Origin: Burkholderiales bacterium
GTDB lineage: Bacteria; Pseudomonadota; Gammaproteobacteria; Burkholderiales; SG8-41
Direction: 5' to 3'
Length of the DNA stretch: 64,000 bases
Assembly (NCBI GenBank): GCA_019751125.1
Contig: JAIENU010000022.1
Location: 7,524 to 71,523, forward strand
The translations under genes and the position numbers were made by a program. Below are positions 53,821 through 62,739 of this stretch, in pieces. The notes below the pieces were generated by a model. The model was not told the origin of the DNA. It saw only the letters and a list, made by a program, of their open reading frames with translations, and ran no database searches. How positions within the stretch are numbered: the first letter of the stretch is position 1; every line of letters begins with the position of its first letter.

Positions 53821-55520
53821 TGCTGCGCCTGCTGCCGTGCATGTTGCTGCTTGCCGCCACCCATGCCGGCGCGGCCACGCTGAACCTCTGTCCCGGCAAG
53901 ACCGCACCCGCTGATGCACGCCTCCTCGACAGCGTGCTGCGCCCCTCCGGTGAACCGCTGCAGCTGGTGATGCATGAAGACAGCCTCGCCGGCTGCGAAA
54001 CCATCACGCTCGAACATCTGCCGCGCTGGGCCAAACTGCTCGACCGTTCCAGCGCGCAACGCCTCACCGGCGGCCTGATGCTGCAGACCGCGCGCGGCGA
54101 GTCACGCAGCACCGCGCCGCAGGATGTGATCCCGATCGACACGCGCGCACAGGGCAACGAAGCGGCAGGACCGGCACTGATGCTGCCCGGCAGTGAACTG
54201 CTGCCGCTGCTGCAGGCGGCCACCTTCGGCGCCGAAGGCCGCGCCAGCCTGCGCCGCAGCGGCGGCCAGCTCCTGCTCGAATGCAGTGCCGGAGAACGTC
54301 CCGCCGGCGCCCTGCTCCGCGGCAATAACCAGTCGCTGCCCGCCGGTGTGCGCCTCGCACTGCGCGTCGATGCCGAAGCCAGCGCGGCGTTCCGAATCGC
54401 TGCCGCAGACGCCACACGCGACAGCCGCGGCGATGCGCTGACGCTGGGCAGCGTTGACGGCAACCGTCACACCGTGCAACTCGACCTGCCAACGTCACTC
54501 GACACCCGCAACTGGCGCAGCTGGGTGCTGGAATGCCCGCGCAACGAGGCCCGGCTCACGCTGCATTCGCTGAAACTCGCTGCCGCCGCGGGCACCATCA
54601 ACAAACCACGCGCGCTGTGGATCTGGCAGCCGCAGTACTGGCAGCAGCAGGAAGCCAAATTGCTGGAACTGCTCGCCGCGCAGGGCGCCGACACCGTCTA
54701 CATCTCGGTGCCGCTGCAAGGTGATCCGCCTGAAGTGGAGCAGGCCGAAGCGCTGCAGCGCTTCATTGCTGCAGCGGGCCGCCGCGGCCTGAAGGTGTGG
54801 GCCGTGGCCGGCGACCCGCGGGCGGTGCTGCCGGATGAACGCCGGAAATATGTGGCGCTTGCAGAGGCGCTGGCGGACTACAACCGCAAGGCCCCGCCCG
54901 CATCGCAGCTCGCCGGTCTGCAACTCGACATCGAGCCCTATCTGAATCCCGGCTACGCCCACGACCCCGAAGGCTGGCTTGCCGCCTATGTCGAAACGCT
55001 GGCGCTGATCAGGCCGCGCGTGATGATGCCGCTCGATGTTGCGCTGCCCTTCTGGTGGGGACGCCAGCGCCTGCGCGACGGCCTGTTCCTCGATGCATTG
55101 AAACCGCTGGTCGATATCGTCACGGTGATGAACTACCGCACCGACCCGCAGCAGCTGATGGCCTTTGCCGAGCCTTTTCTGAGCTGGGGAGCGGCAAACG
55201 GCAAACCGATCCGCATCGGACTCGAAAGCGGACCGATCCCGGACGAGTCACTCCATGCCTATCGCCGCGCAAGTACTGGTGATCTGTGGCTGGTAAACAT
55301 CGGCCGCCAGCATGCAGTGCTGCTGATGCTGGACGCGGCGCGCGCCAATCCCGCCGGCATCAGCTACGGCCACAGCCATACCATCAACCGCGGTGGTGAT
55401 CAGGTTACTTTCCAGCGTAACCCGGAAGCGCTGCGCAAGCTGCTGCCGCAGCTGGAAGATCTGTGGCGCGCCTGGCCGTCGTTTGCCGGCGTGGCGCTGC
55501 ACGGGATGGATCAGGATTGA
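53820..55520 (+). CDS. Exported protein with C-terminal glycoside-hydrolase-like TIM barrel
   Basis: Signal peptide; RALWIW, GLQLDIEPY, VMNYR, GVALH; TGATG coupling to the deacetylase. Confidence 0.6.
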   Translation: MLRLLPCMLLLAATHAGAATLNLCPGKTAPADARLLDSVLRPSGEPLQLVMHEDSLAGCETITLEHLPRWAKLLDRSSAQRLTGGLMLQTARGESRSTAPQDVIPIDTRAQGNEAAGPALMLPGSELLPLLQAATFGAEGRASLRRSGGQLLLECSAGERPAGALLRGNNQSLPAGVRLALRVDAEASAAFRIAAADATRDSRGDALTLGSVDGNRHTVQLDLPTSLDTRNWRSWVLECPRNEARLTLHSLKLAAAAGTINKPRALWIWQPQYWQQQEAKLLELLAAQGADTVYISVPLQGDPPEVEQAEALQRFIAAAGRRGLKVWAVAGDPRAVLPDERRKYVALAEALADYNRKAPPASQLAGLQLDIEPYLNPGYAHDPEGWLAAYVETLALIRPRVMMPLDVALPFWWGRQRLRDGLFLDALKPLVDIVTVMNYRTDPQQLMAFAEPFLSWGAANGKPIRIGLESGPIPDESLHAYRRASTGDLWLVNIGRQHAVLLMLDAARANPAGISYGHSHTINRGGDQVTFQRNPEALRKLLPQLEDLWRAWPSFAGVALHGMDQD

Positions 55521-55533
55521 GGATTGAGGATTG
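55514..55533. repeat. Heptamer tandem repeat (GGATTGA) x~3
   Basis: GGATTGA GGATTGA GGATTG spanning the stop codon. Confidence 0.6.
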
Positions 55534-55556
55534 CGGGGTAATGCTCCCCCACACCA

Positions 55557-55582
55557 CCGTTCGCCCTGAGCTTGTCGAAGGG
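55557..55582. repeat. REP-like element
   Basis: CCGTTCGCCCTGAGCTTGTCGAAGGG resembles the widespread CCCTTCGACAxGCTCAGG extragenic repeat; single copy here. Confidence 0.6.
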
Positions 55583-55637
55583 TGGGCAGTTAGAACAGTG
55601 ATGAACTCGGAGCGATGAGTGATAAGCGAAAAACGCG

Positions 55638-56543
55638 CTACGCCGCCAGCTTCGCTCTTGGGTGCCCAAGCACGCCTTCGGGCTTCAAGGCCGGCACATC
55701 ACCGGCACACTGGATGCGGTGCATCACCCGCCGGTAGCCACCATCAAAGGGGTCGCGGTGGTGCATCACGCAGCGGTTGTCCCAGATCAGCAGGTCACCG
55801 GGCTGCCAGACATGGTGCCAGGTGAAACGCTCCTGCGTGGCATGTGACCACAGGGCTTCGAGGATGGCCTCGGATTCCTCGACCGAATAACCGTTGATAT
55901 AGGCATTGGGCCTGCGGCCGAGGTACAGCGCATTGCATCCGGTTTCGGCATGGGTGCGGATGATCGGATGACTGGGGCCCGGCGCATCACGCACATCATT
56001 CACCGGCTGGAAACCTTCACGCAGGTCGCCGGCGCTGTTGTAGGTCATGTCGTGCTTCAGTGTGCGGCCCTCGATTTTCGCGCGCAGCTGCGGGGCCAGG
56101 GTTTCCAGCGCCAGATACATGTTGGCAAAGCCGGTATTGCCGCCCTTCGGCGGAATCTCCAGCGAGTACAGCGCGCTGTAGGACAAGGGCCGGTCGCGGT
56201 AGGAATTGTCGGAATGCCACACCACCTCGGCATCACGCAGCACGCCGATGGCCTCGCCGTTTTCGGTGACGTTGGACACGATGACGATTTCCGGATGCGT
56301 ACGCGCGCGCTCCTTGCCGGTCTTCGCCAGCGGCGCGAAGTCGAGGGTGCCGAGGCGTTTGCCGAAAGCGATCAGCTCGGGATCACTCAGCTGCTGGCCG
56401 CGGATGCGGATCACCAGGTGATCAAGCAGCGCGCGATAGACCTTGCCGAAGGCCGCCTCATCCAGCGTGCGCAGGTCGCCGCAGTCCACCTCGGCGCCCA
56501 GCGCTGCGTCCTGTGCAGTCACGTTCACACTCCGGGCCGTCAT
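55638..56543 (-). CDS. TauD/TfdA Fe(II)/2-oxoglutarate dioxygenase
   Basis: WHSD, GGNTGFANM, HPIIRTH.ETG, WDNRCVMHHR. Confidence 0.92.
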   Translation of the reverse strand: MTARSVNVTAQDAALGAEVDCGDLRTLDEAAFGKVYRALLDHLVIRIRGQQLSDPELIAFGKRLGTLDFAPLAKTGKERARTHPEIVIVSNVTENGEAIGVLRDAEVVWHSDNSYRDRPLSYSALYSLEIPPKGGNTGFANMYLALETLAPQLRAKIEGRTLKHDMTYNSAGDLREGFQPVNDVRDAPGPSHPIIRTHAETGCNALYLGRRPNAYINGYSVEESEAILEALWSHATQERFTWHHVWQPGDLLIWDNRCVMHHRDPFDGGYRRVMHRIQCAGDVPALKPEGVLGHPRAKLAA

Positions 56544-56556
56544 CGCAGAATCTCCA

Positions 56557-56584
56557 TAAGCTATTGTTTATATTGATATTTTTA
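56557..56584 (-). repeat. Dispersed AT-rich IHF-like element, copy 10
   Basis: TAAAAATATCAATATAAACAATAGCTTA between the Bug stop and the TauD RBS. Confidence 0.85.
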
Positions 56585-57553
56585 TCAGTCTATGCGGATA
56601 TTCGCCGCCTTGGCGATGCGGCCATAACGGACAAACTCGTCCCGGATCTGCGCGCCATATTCCTGCGGCGTGCTGCCCACCGCTTCGAGACCGCGCGCGG
56701 CGAGTGCCGCCTTGCTCTCCGCTGATTTGAGGATCGCCACCATGTCCTTGTTCAAGCGCGCAATCACCGCTGCCGGCGTCTTCGCCGGCGCGAGCACGCC
56801 GAACACCGTCGCCGAGTCGTAACCGGGCACGCCCTCTTCAGCCACCGTCGGAAACTCCGGCGCCAGCGCCGAACGCTGCCTGGTGCCCACCGCAAGAAGG
56901 CGCAGCTTGCCCGAACGCACATGCGGCAGGATGGTTGGCAGGTTTTCAAACATCAGGTTGAGCCGGCCGCCGAGCAGGTCGGTCACCGCCGGGCCCGCGC
57001 CCTTGAACGGCACATGCACCAGTTTGATGCCGGTCATCGCCATGAACTGCTCGGTGGAAAAATGCCCGACCGAGCCGTTGCCGGCGGAACCGAAGTTGAG
57101 TTCACCCGGCTTCGCCTTCGCCAGCGCAATCAGTTCCTTCACCGTCTTTGCCTGGAATCCGGGATGGGTGACCAGCGTGAACGGGCTCACTGTCGCCAGC
57201 GTGATTGGCGCGAAATCCTTCAGCGAGTCGTATGGCGTCTTGTCGCGGATGTTGGGGTTGATGGTCAGCGGCCCCGCGCTGCCGAGCACGATGGTGTAGC
57301 CGTCGGCCGGTGCACGCGCCGCCAGCTCGGCGCCGAGCACACCGCCGGCACCCGCGCGGTTGTCCACCACCACGGTCTGGCCCAGCGGCGCACCCAGCTG
57401 CTGCGCCAGAAAACGCGCCAGCAGGTCGGTGCTGCCGCCCGGCGCGAAGGGCACGATGAAACGCACCGGCTTGTTCGGGTAATTGGCCTGGGCCTGCACT
57501 GCCGGTGCAATGAACGGCGCCGCCAGTGCAGCGGCGATCAAGGTATTGCGCAT
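56585..57553 (-). CDS. Bug/TctC tripartite tricarboxylate transporter receptor
   Basis: YPNKPVRFIVPFAPGGSTD, NRAGAGG, DGYT, HVPFKG. Confidence 0.93.
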   Translation of the reverse strand: MRNTLIAAALAAPFIAPAVQAQANYPNKPVRFIVPFAPGGSTDLLARFLAQQLGAPLGQTVVVDNRAGAGGVLGAELAARAPADGYTIVLGSAGPLTINPNIRDKTPYDSLKDFAPITLATVSPFTLVTHPGFQAKTVKELIALAKAKPGELNFGSAGNGSVGHFSTEQFMAMTGIKLVHVPFKGAGPAVTDLLGGRLNLMFENLPTILPHVRSGKLRLLAVGTRQRSALAPEFPTVAEEGVPGYDSATVFGVLAPAKTPAAVIARLNKDMVAILKSAESKAALAARGLEAVGSTPQEYGAQIRDEFVRYGRIAKAANIRID

Positions 57554-57586
57554 GCTCCTCCTCCGCGCCACCTCAAGGTGGCGTCG

Positions 57587-58456
57587 TTATTTCAGATTGA
57601 CCTTGTTGATGATGCTGCCGATCTTTTCGACGCTGCATTCGCAGACATCCCCATGCTTCAGGAACACCGGCGGCGTGCGCGAGAATCCGACGCCGAAGGG
57701 CGTGCCCGTCGGGATCAGGTCGCCCGGCATCAGCGTGGTGCCCTGCGAGGCATAGGCGATGATCTGGTTGATGTTGAAAATCAGGTTCCTGGTGTTCGAC
57801 TTCTGCATTTCCTTGCCATTGAGTATGGTGCGCACCTCAAGGTCATGCGGATTGTCGATCTCGTCGCGGGTGATGATCCACGGCCCCCAGGGGCAGAAGG
57901 TGTCGAGCGACTTGCCGCGATCCCACTGCTTGGCATTGGCGAACTGCAGGTCGCGCGCCGACACATCATTGACCACGGTGTAGCCGCAGACATAATCCAG
58001 CGCATCCTTCTCGCTGATGTTGCGGCCGCGCCGGCCGATCACCACACCGAGCTCGACTTCGTAATCGACCTCTTTCGTCACCGACTCCGGCCAGTGCAGT
58101 TCATCGTACGGCCCGGTGATCGAGTTCGGCCATTTGGTGAACAGCACCGGCTCGCCCGGCACCGGCAGATTGGCTTCCTTGCAGTGGTCGATGTAGTTCA
58201 GGCCCACGGCGACAATCTTCGAAGGCTGCAGCAGCGGTGCAGTCAACTTCACTTCGTCCAGCGGCAGATCGCGGCGGGTCGGGCTCTCGATTGCGGCGCG
58301 CACACGCTCCAGCATGGCGTCGCCACCACGCACGATCTGCATCAGGTCACCATCCGCGTCCACCGGCAGGCCGGCGGCAGCAAGGTCAACCACGGCATTG
58401 CCGTCAATGACGCCGGGGCGCACCTGGCCGTCGGCGATGAAAGTCACCAGTTTCAA
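57587..58456 (-). CDS. Fumarylacetoacetate hydrolase family protein
   Basis: VGLNY.DH..E, DYEVELGVVIG, NDVSARD, GKSLD, TGTP.GVG. Confidence 0.93.
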   Translation of the reverse strand: MKLVTFIADGQVRPGVIDGNAVVDLAAAGLPVDADGDLMQIVRGGDAMLERVRAAIESPTRRDLPLDEVKLTAPLLQPSKIVAVGLNYIDHCKEANLPVPGEPVLFTKWPNSITGPYDELHWPESVTKEVDYEVELGVVIGRRGRNISEKDALDYVCGYTVVNDVSARDLQFANAKQWDRGKSLDTFCPWGPWIITRDEIDNPHDLEVRTILNGKEMQKSNTRNLIFNINQIIAYASQGTTLMPGDLIPTGTPFGVGFSRTPPVFLKHGDVCECSVEKIGSIINKVNLK

Positions 58457-58517
58457 GATTGTTCCTTTGATCGAAAAAGCAAAGGCGCGAGTTTACCGCG
58501 CCGCGCTGCAGCAGCCA

Positions 58518-59489
58518 CTACTCTGATTTGACGTTCGCGGCCTTCACCACCTTGCTCCAGCGCTCGACTTCCTCGACCAGAAAGCGCGCGAAGCGTTCCG
58601 GCGGTCCGCCCTGGGGCTGCACGCCGATGGCGGCGAGCCGCTCGCGGATGTCGGCGGAATCCAGCGCCTTCTCGAAACCGGCATTGAGGCGCTGGATCGT
58701 CGCTTTCGGCGTCGCCGCCGGCACCGTGACGCCGAACCAGATCAGCACGTCGTAGCCGGCCAGCCCCTGCTCGGCCGTGGTCGGCACGTTCGGATACAAC
58801 GACAGGCGCTTGTCGCCGGCAGTGGCCAGCACCTTCAGCTTGCCGGCATTGACCAGGGGCGCCGCGGTGGCCGAAGTGGTGAAGATCATCTGCAGCTGGC
58901 CGGCCATCATGTCCACGATCGCCGGTGACGCGCCCTTATACGGCACATGCAGGATATCGACCCCGGCCAGCATCTTGAAAAACTCCAGAGCAAGGTGGCT
59001 GCTACCGCCAGTGCCTGAGGAACCGGCGGACAGCTTGCCTGGCCGCGACTTGGCCATCGCGATGATGTCTTTCACGCCGCTGGCTGGATAACCCGCGCTC
59101 ACCACCAGCAGGATCGGCGACCAGCCGAGCAGGCTCACCGCCGCAAAATCCTCGGCACGGTACGGCGTCTTCGCACGCAGCGCAAAATTGATCGCATTGG
59201 CGCCGGGATTGGCCATCAGCATGGTGTAGCCGTTGGGCAGCGCCTTGGCGACGATGTCGGCGCCGAGCATGCCGCCGGCCCCGCCGCGGTTGTCGATCAG
59301 CACCTGCTGGCCCCAGATCTCGGTGAGTTTGTTCGCCAGCAGCCGCGCAATCACGTCATTTGACGCACCGGGCGTGAACGGCACCACCCAGCGCACCGCG
59401 CGCGCCGGAAACACCTCGGCCGCCTGCACCAGCACCGGCGAAACGGCCAGCAGGCCCGCCACCAGCGCATGGATCCATTTTTTATTCAT
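58518..59489 (-). CDS. Bug/TctC tripartite tricarboxylate transporter receptor
   Basis: FPARAVRWVVPFTPG, NRGGAGG, HVPYKG. Confidence 0.93.
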   Translation of the reverse strand: MNKKWIHALVAGLLAVSPVLVQAAEVFPARAVRWVVPFTPGASNDVIARLLANKLTEIWGQQVLIDNRGGAGGMLGADIVAKALPNGYTMLMANPGANAINFALRAKTPYRAEDFAAVSLLGWSPILLVVSAGYPASGVKDIIAMAKSRPGKLSAGSSGTGGSSHLALEFFKMLAGVDILHVPYKGASPAIVDMMAGQLQMIFTTSATAAPLVNAGKLKVLATAGDKRLSLYPNVPTTAEQGLAGYDVLIWFGVTVPAATPKATIQRLNAGFEKALDSADIRERLAAIGVQPQGGPPERFARFLVEEVERWSKVVKAANVKSE

Positions 59490-59525
59490 CACGCCTTCTC
59501 CTCGCGAGCAGTTTTACCCTGCTTT

Positions 59526-59552
59526 AATCCTGTGAATCCTGCCCATCCTGTA
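59526..59552. repeat. Nonamer tandem repeat
   Basis: AATCCTGTG AATCCTGCC CATCCTGTA in the intergenic gap. Confidence 0.55.
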
Positions 59553-59560
59553 AATTGCTT

Positions 59561-60961
59561 TTATAACTCCTCAACCGTCACCGGGAACAGCGGTGCCAGC
59601 GCATCGACCTCGACCACGTGATAGGCACTGAAGCGGTACGCGGTGCCGGCCATCACCTCGGGCGGCGTGAACGGGAAGGCCAGATTGCCGCCGGTGGAGA
59701 TACGCCCCGGAAAACCGTTGTGCAGCAGGTATTGCTTGAACACCGTCGCCACCGACTTGGCATCGGCGGCCGTGGCCGCGATCACCTCGACCATCACGAA
59801 GACCTCGCGCGGCAGCGGATTGGCGGCCGAAGGCCAGGCTGTGACACCGTTGAGTCCATATATCTTGGGATAGATCAGGAACGGCGCGCTGACTGAAGGC
59901 GTGACCAGCTCGCGCACCGTCTTTTCGACATTGGCGAGGATGTCGGGCATCGCCGCAATTGCACTTGGGTCACCGCAGCCGGCGAGCAGCACCGCGCGTT
60001 CGCCGACGCGGGTGGCGCCTTCGATTTTCACGGTGAACTGCGTGGCCGGCTCCCAGCGCGCACCGCTGATATGGCAACGGTGTTCGTCGAGCGCCTGGTA
60101 ACGCGCGCTGTCGGTATGCAGCGTGCCTTCGGGCTCATGCACGCGGTAGGGATCACCCTGCTCGTAAAGACTGTGCGCCGCCACCGACATCGGCGTCGCG
60201 TGGCGGATCGGGTTCATGCTGTCGATGGTGAAACCGTCGCCGTCGAGCGTGCCCATCAGCGCATCGCGGCCGCCGGGCGTGGTGCAGATCGAGCAGCACT
60301 CGATGATTTTCGCCATGTGCATCGCCGGCCCCAGCGGATAACCCAGCGCCGCCGGAATCGCCGCGAACACCGCGGTGTCGCAGGCACGCCCGGCGATCAC
60401 CACATCGGCGCCGGCCTCCAGCGCTCGCTGGAAGGCCTCGATGCCCATCTGGCCGACGATCTGCGACGCGCCGTCGATGTCATCTTCGGTCAGTGCCGCA
60501 ATCGCACCCAGCGGGCGCGTTCGGCCTGCACGCACCGCCGCCTTGAGCAGGTCGCGCGGCATGTCGGCGCGGATCGAAGCCAGCCTGAAGTGCAGGCCTT
60601 CGCGGCGCGCGATGTCGCGCACCATCGCCAGCGTGGTGTCGAGGTGCGGCGCGGCACCGGCAGTGCCCGCGGTGCCCAGCAGCAGCGGCACATTGATCGA
60701 ACGCGCGCCACGCAGCACCTTGGCCAAATCATCGCGGGTGATCGCATCACTGGTGGCGAGCTGGCCGCTGCCAAGGTAGTACGGGCCGGGATCAACCGAG
60801 CCCATGTCGCAGCCGATGAAATGCGGCTTGCGCTTGAGCCCTTCGGCCAATGCCGCTTCAGGAATGCCGTAACCCAGCTGGCCGGATGCAGCCAGTGCAC
60901 GCAGCGGCTGGCGCTGGCCGCCGGAGATGAGCTGCCCGCGAAGGCGATCGAGATGGTTCAC
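59561..60961 (-). CDS. AtuA/DUF1446 family protein
   Basis: SGQLGYG, D.GS.DPGPYYLG.G, AGRACD, AKIIEC, SVAAHSLYE. Confidence 0.85.
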   Translation of the reverse strand: MNHLDRLRGQLISGGQRQPLRALAASGQLGYGIPEAALAEGLKRKPHFIGCDMGSVDPGPYYLGSGQLATSDAITRDDLAKVLRGARSINVPLLLGTAGTAGAAPHLDTTLAMVRDIARREGLHFRLASIRADMPRDLLKAAVRAGRTRPLGAIAALTEDDIDGASQIVGQMGIEAFQRALEAGADVVIAGRACDTAVFAAIPAALGYPLGPAMHMAKIIECCSICTTPGGRDALMGTLDGDGFTIDSMNPIRHATPMSVAAHSLYEQGDPYRVHEPEGTLHTDSARYQALDEHRCHISGARWEPATQFTVKIEGATRVGERAVLLAGCGDPSAIAAMPDILANVEKTVRELVTPSVSAPFLIYPKIYGLNGVTAWPSAANPLPREVFVMVEVIAATAADAKSVATVFKQYLLHNGFPGRISTGGNLAFPFTPPEVMAGTAYRFSAYHVVEVDALAPLFPVTVEEL

Positions 60962-61269
60962 AGGGTGATGTCCAGCAAGGGACCGTGCTGCTGCGCACCG
61001 TAGACATCGCGGTCACCGGGCGTGCCGGCTACGATGGCGCGGTCCATCACGATCTTGATCGCCTGTGCCGGCGGATAGGGAATGACTTCAACCTGCGAAG
61101 GCTCGAGGCCGTAGAGCGCCGCAATCGCCGCCGGCTGCAGCGCCGCAGCGCCCTGCGCACGGCTGTAGCCCGCGGCGTCGTTGAACATCAGGTCTATGGT
61201 CAGCGTGGTCGGACCGGCATTCTTGCTGCGCACCACGCGCGCAACGTCGAGCAGTTTCATCAGCTTCAT
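60958..61269 (-). CDS. DUF4387 family protein
   Basis: ARVVRSKNAGP..LTIDLMF, GDRDVYGAQQH. Confidence 0.88.
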   Translation of the reverse strand: MKLMKLLDVARVVRSKNAGPTTLTIDLMFNDAAGYSRAQGAAALQPAAIAALYGLEPSQVEVIPYPPAQAIKIVMDRAIVAGTPGDRDVYGAQQHGPLLDITL

Positions 61270-61290
61270 TCACAGCCCTTGCGGGCGGTG

Positions 61291-61319
61291 AAAATTATTT
61301 CAATAAAAACAATGGCTTA
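61291..61319 (+). repeat. Dispersed AT-rich IHF-like element, copy 11
   Basis: AAAATTATTTCAATAAAAACAATGGCTTA; its terminal TTA is the VOC stop codon on the other strand. Confidence 0.85.
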
Positions 61320-61778
61320 CACTTTAGCCGGGCGCTTGGCATGCTCCGGGAACTGCATCGAGGACAGGCGACCGGTCTCGACATCGTCCGGCGTTTCCTC
61401 GTTGGGGAAGTTGAGCTCGACCTTGTTGCCCACCGGGTCGCGCAGGAACATCTGGAAGCCGGCGTTGGGCACGTTCTGCTCTTCGTATTCAAGACCGAGT
61501 TTTTTGAAGCGGTCGCGATAACTCTGCACACCCTGCACCGCATAGGCGGTGTGGTCGTAGCCGCTGCGCGATTCATCGATACCGGGCCAATCCGCCTTGA
61601 AGCGCGTGACCACGTGCACCAGCGGATGGTCGCCGCAGTAGAGCCAGATGCCGCCCGAGGGGAAATTCGGCCGATAGCCGACCTTCAGACCCAGCGCCTC
61701 GGTGTAGAACTTCTCGATCGCCGGCAGATCGCTTTCGCGGCAGCCGATGTTGATGTGGTGTACGCCGGTGAGTTTCAT
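61317..61778 (-). CDS. VOC/glyoxalase family protein
   Basis: HHINI, FY..ALGL, DHTAY, QMFLRDPVGNKVEL; AGGAGG RBS. Confidence 0.88.
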   Translation of the reverse strand: MKLTGVHHINIGCRESDLPAIEKFYTEALGLKVGYRPNFPSGGIWLYCGDHPLVHVVTRFKADWPGIDESRSGYDHTAYAVQGVQSYRDRFKKLGLEYEEQNVPNAGFQMFLRDPVGNKVELNFPNEETPDDVETGRLSSMQFPEHAKRPAKV

Positions 61779-61940
61779 AATGCTCCTCCTGCAGTTGTTC
61801 ATGATCCAGACACTGTTCGAACCATCCGACTCGGACCATCCTTATGAAGCCTAACTGTGACATACCGTCCGCGCCTTGCCTATAGCCCGGAATACGGTGC
61901 GCTTGCCTGCCGGCGGCGGTTCATGCTCTGCTAGCGCGCC

Positions 61941-62714
61941 ATGAGCTTTCTGATCATCTGCAGCGTGGCCGCGCTGGCGGCACTGCTGACCTTTTTCTCC
62001 GGCTTCGGCCTCGGCACCCTGCTGCTGCCGGCCTTTGCGCTGTTTTTCGCGATTGAAAAAGCCGTCGCGCTGACCGCGATCGTCCATTTCCTGAACGGCG
62101 TATTCAAACTCGGCCTGGTGCACCGGCACATCGACCGCGGCGTGGCGCTGCGCTTCGGCCTGCCCGCCGCGCTCGGCGCGCTGGCCGGTGCCTGGCTGCT
62201 GGTGCAGCTCGCCGGCAGCGGCATCCGCATCGACTACACGCTGATGGGCCGCGCGGTCTCGATCACGCCGCCGCAACTGGTGATCGGCGTGTTGCTGCTG
62301 GTGTTTGCCGCATCCGAACTGCGGCCATCCGCAGGACGCCAGGGATTTCCGCCTAACTGGCAGATCCCCGGCGGGCTGCTCTGCGGTTTTTTCGGCGGGC
62401 TCGCCGGACTGCAGGGTGCGCTGCGCTCGGCCTTCCTGCTCAATGCCGGACTCGACAAGGCCGCCTATGTCGCCACCGGCGCCGCGGTCGCCTTTTTCAT
62501 CGACCTCGCACGGCTGTCGATGTATGCCCAACTGATCGCAAAACACCACGCCGAATTCGACTACGCGCTGCTCGCCGCCGCAGTGCTGGCCGCACTGGCC
62601 GGCTCGGTGGTCGGCAAACGTTTTCTGCACAAGGCGACGATGCCGGCCATCCGCAAGGTGGTGGCGCTGATGCTGTTTGCCGTATCCCTCGGGCTGATCA
62701 CCGGCCTGCTCTGA
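61941..62714 (+). CDS. TauE/SafE (TSUP) family membrane transporter
   Basis: FFSGFGLGTLLLP, GFFGGLAG.QGALRS; about 8 TM helices. Confidence 0.82.
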   Translation: MSFLIICSVAALAALLTFFSGFGLGTLLLPAFALFFAIEKAVALTAIVHFLNGVFKLGLVHRHIDRGVALRFGLPAALGALAGAWLLVQLAGSGIRIDYTLMGRAVSITPPQLVIGVLLLVFAASELRPSAGRQGFPPNWQIPGGLLCGFFGGLAGLQGALRSAFLLNAGLDKAAYVATGAAVAFFIDLARLSMYAQLIAKHHAEFDYALLAAAVLAALAGSVVGKRFLHKATMPAIRKVVALMLFAVSLGLITGLL

Positions 62715-62739
62715 ACACCACCACAAGGACAAAGGGTCA

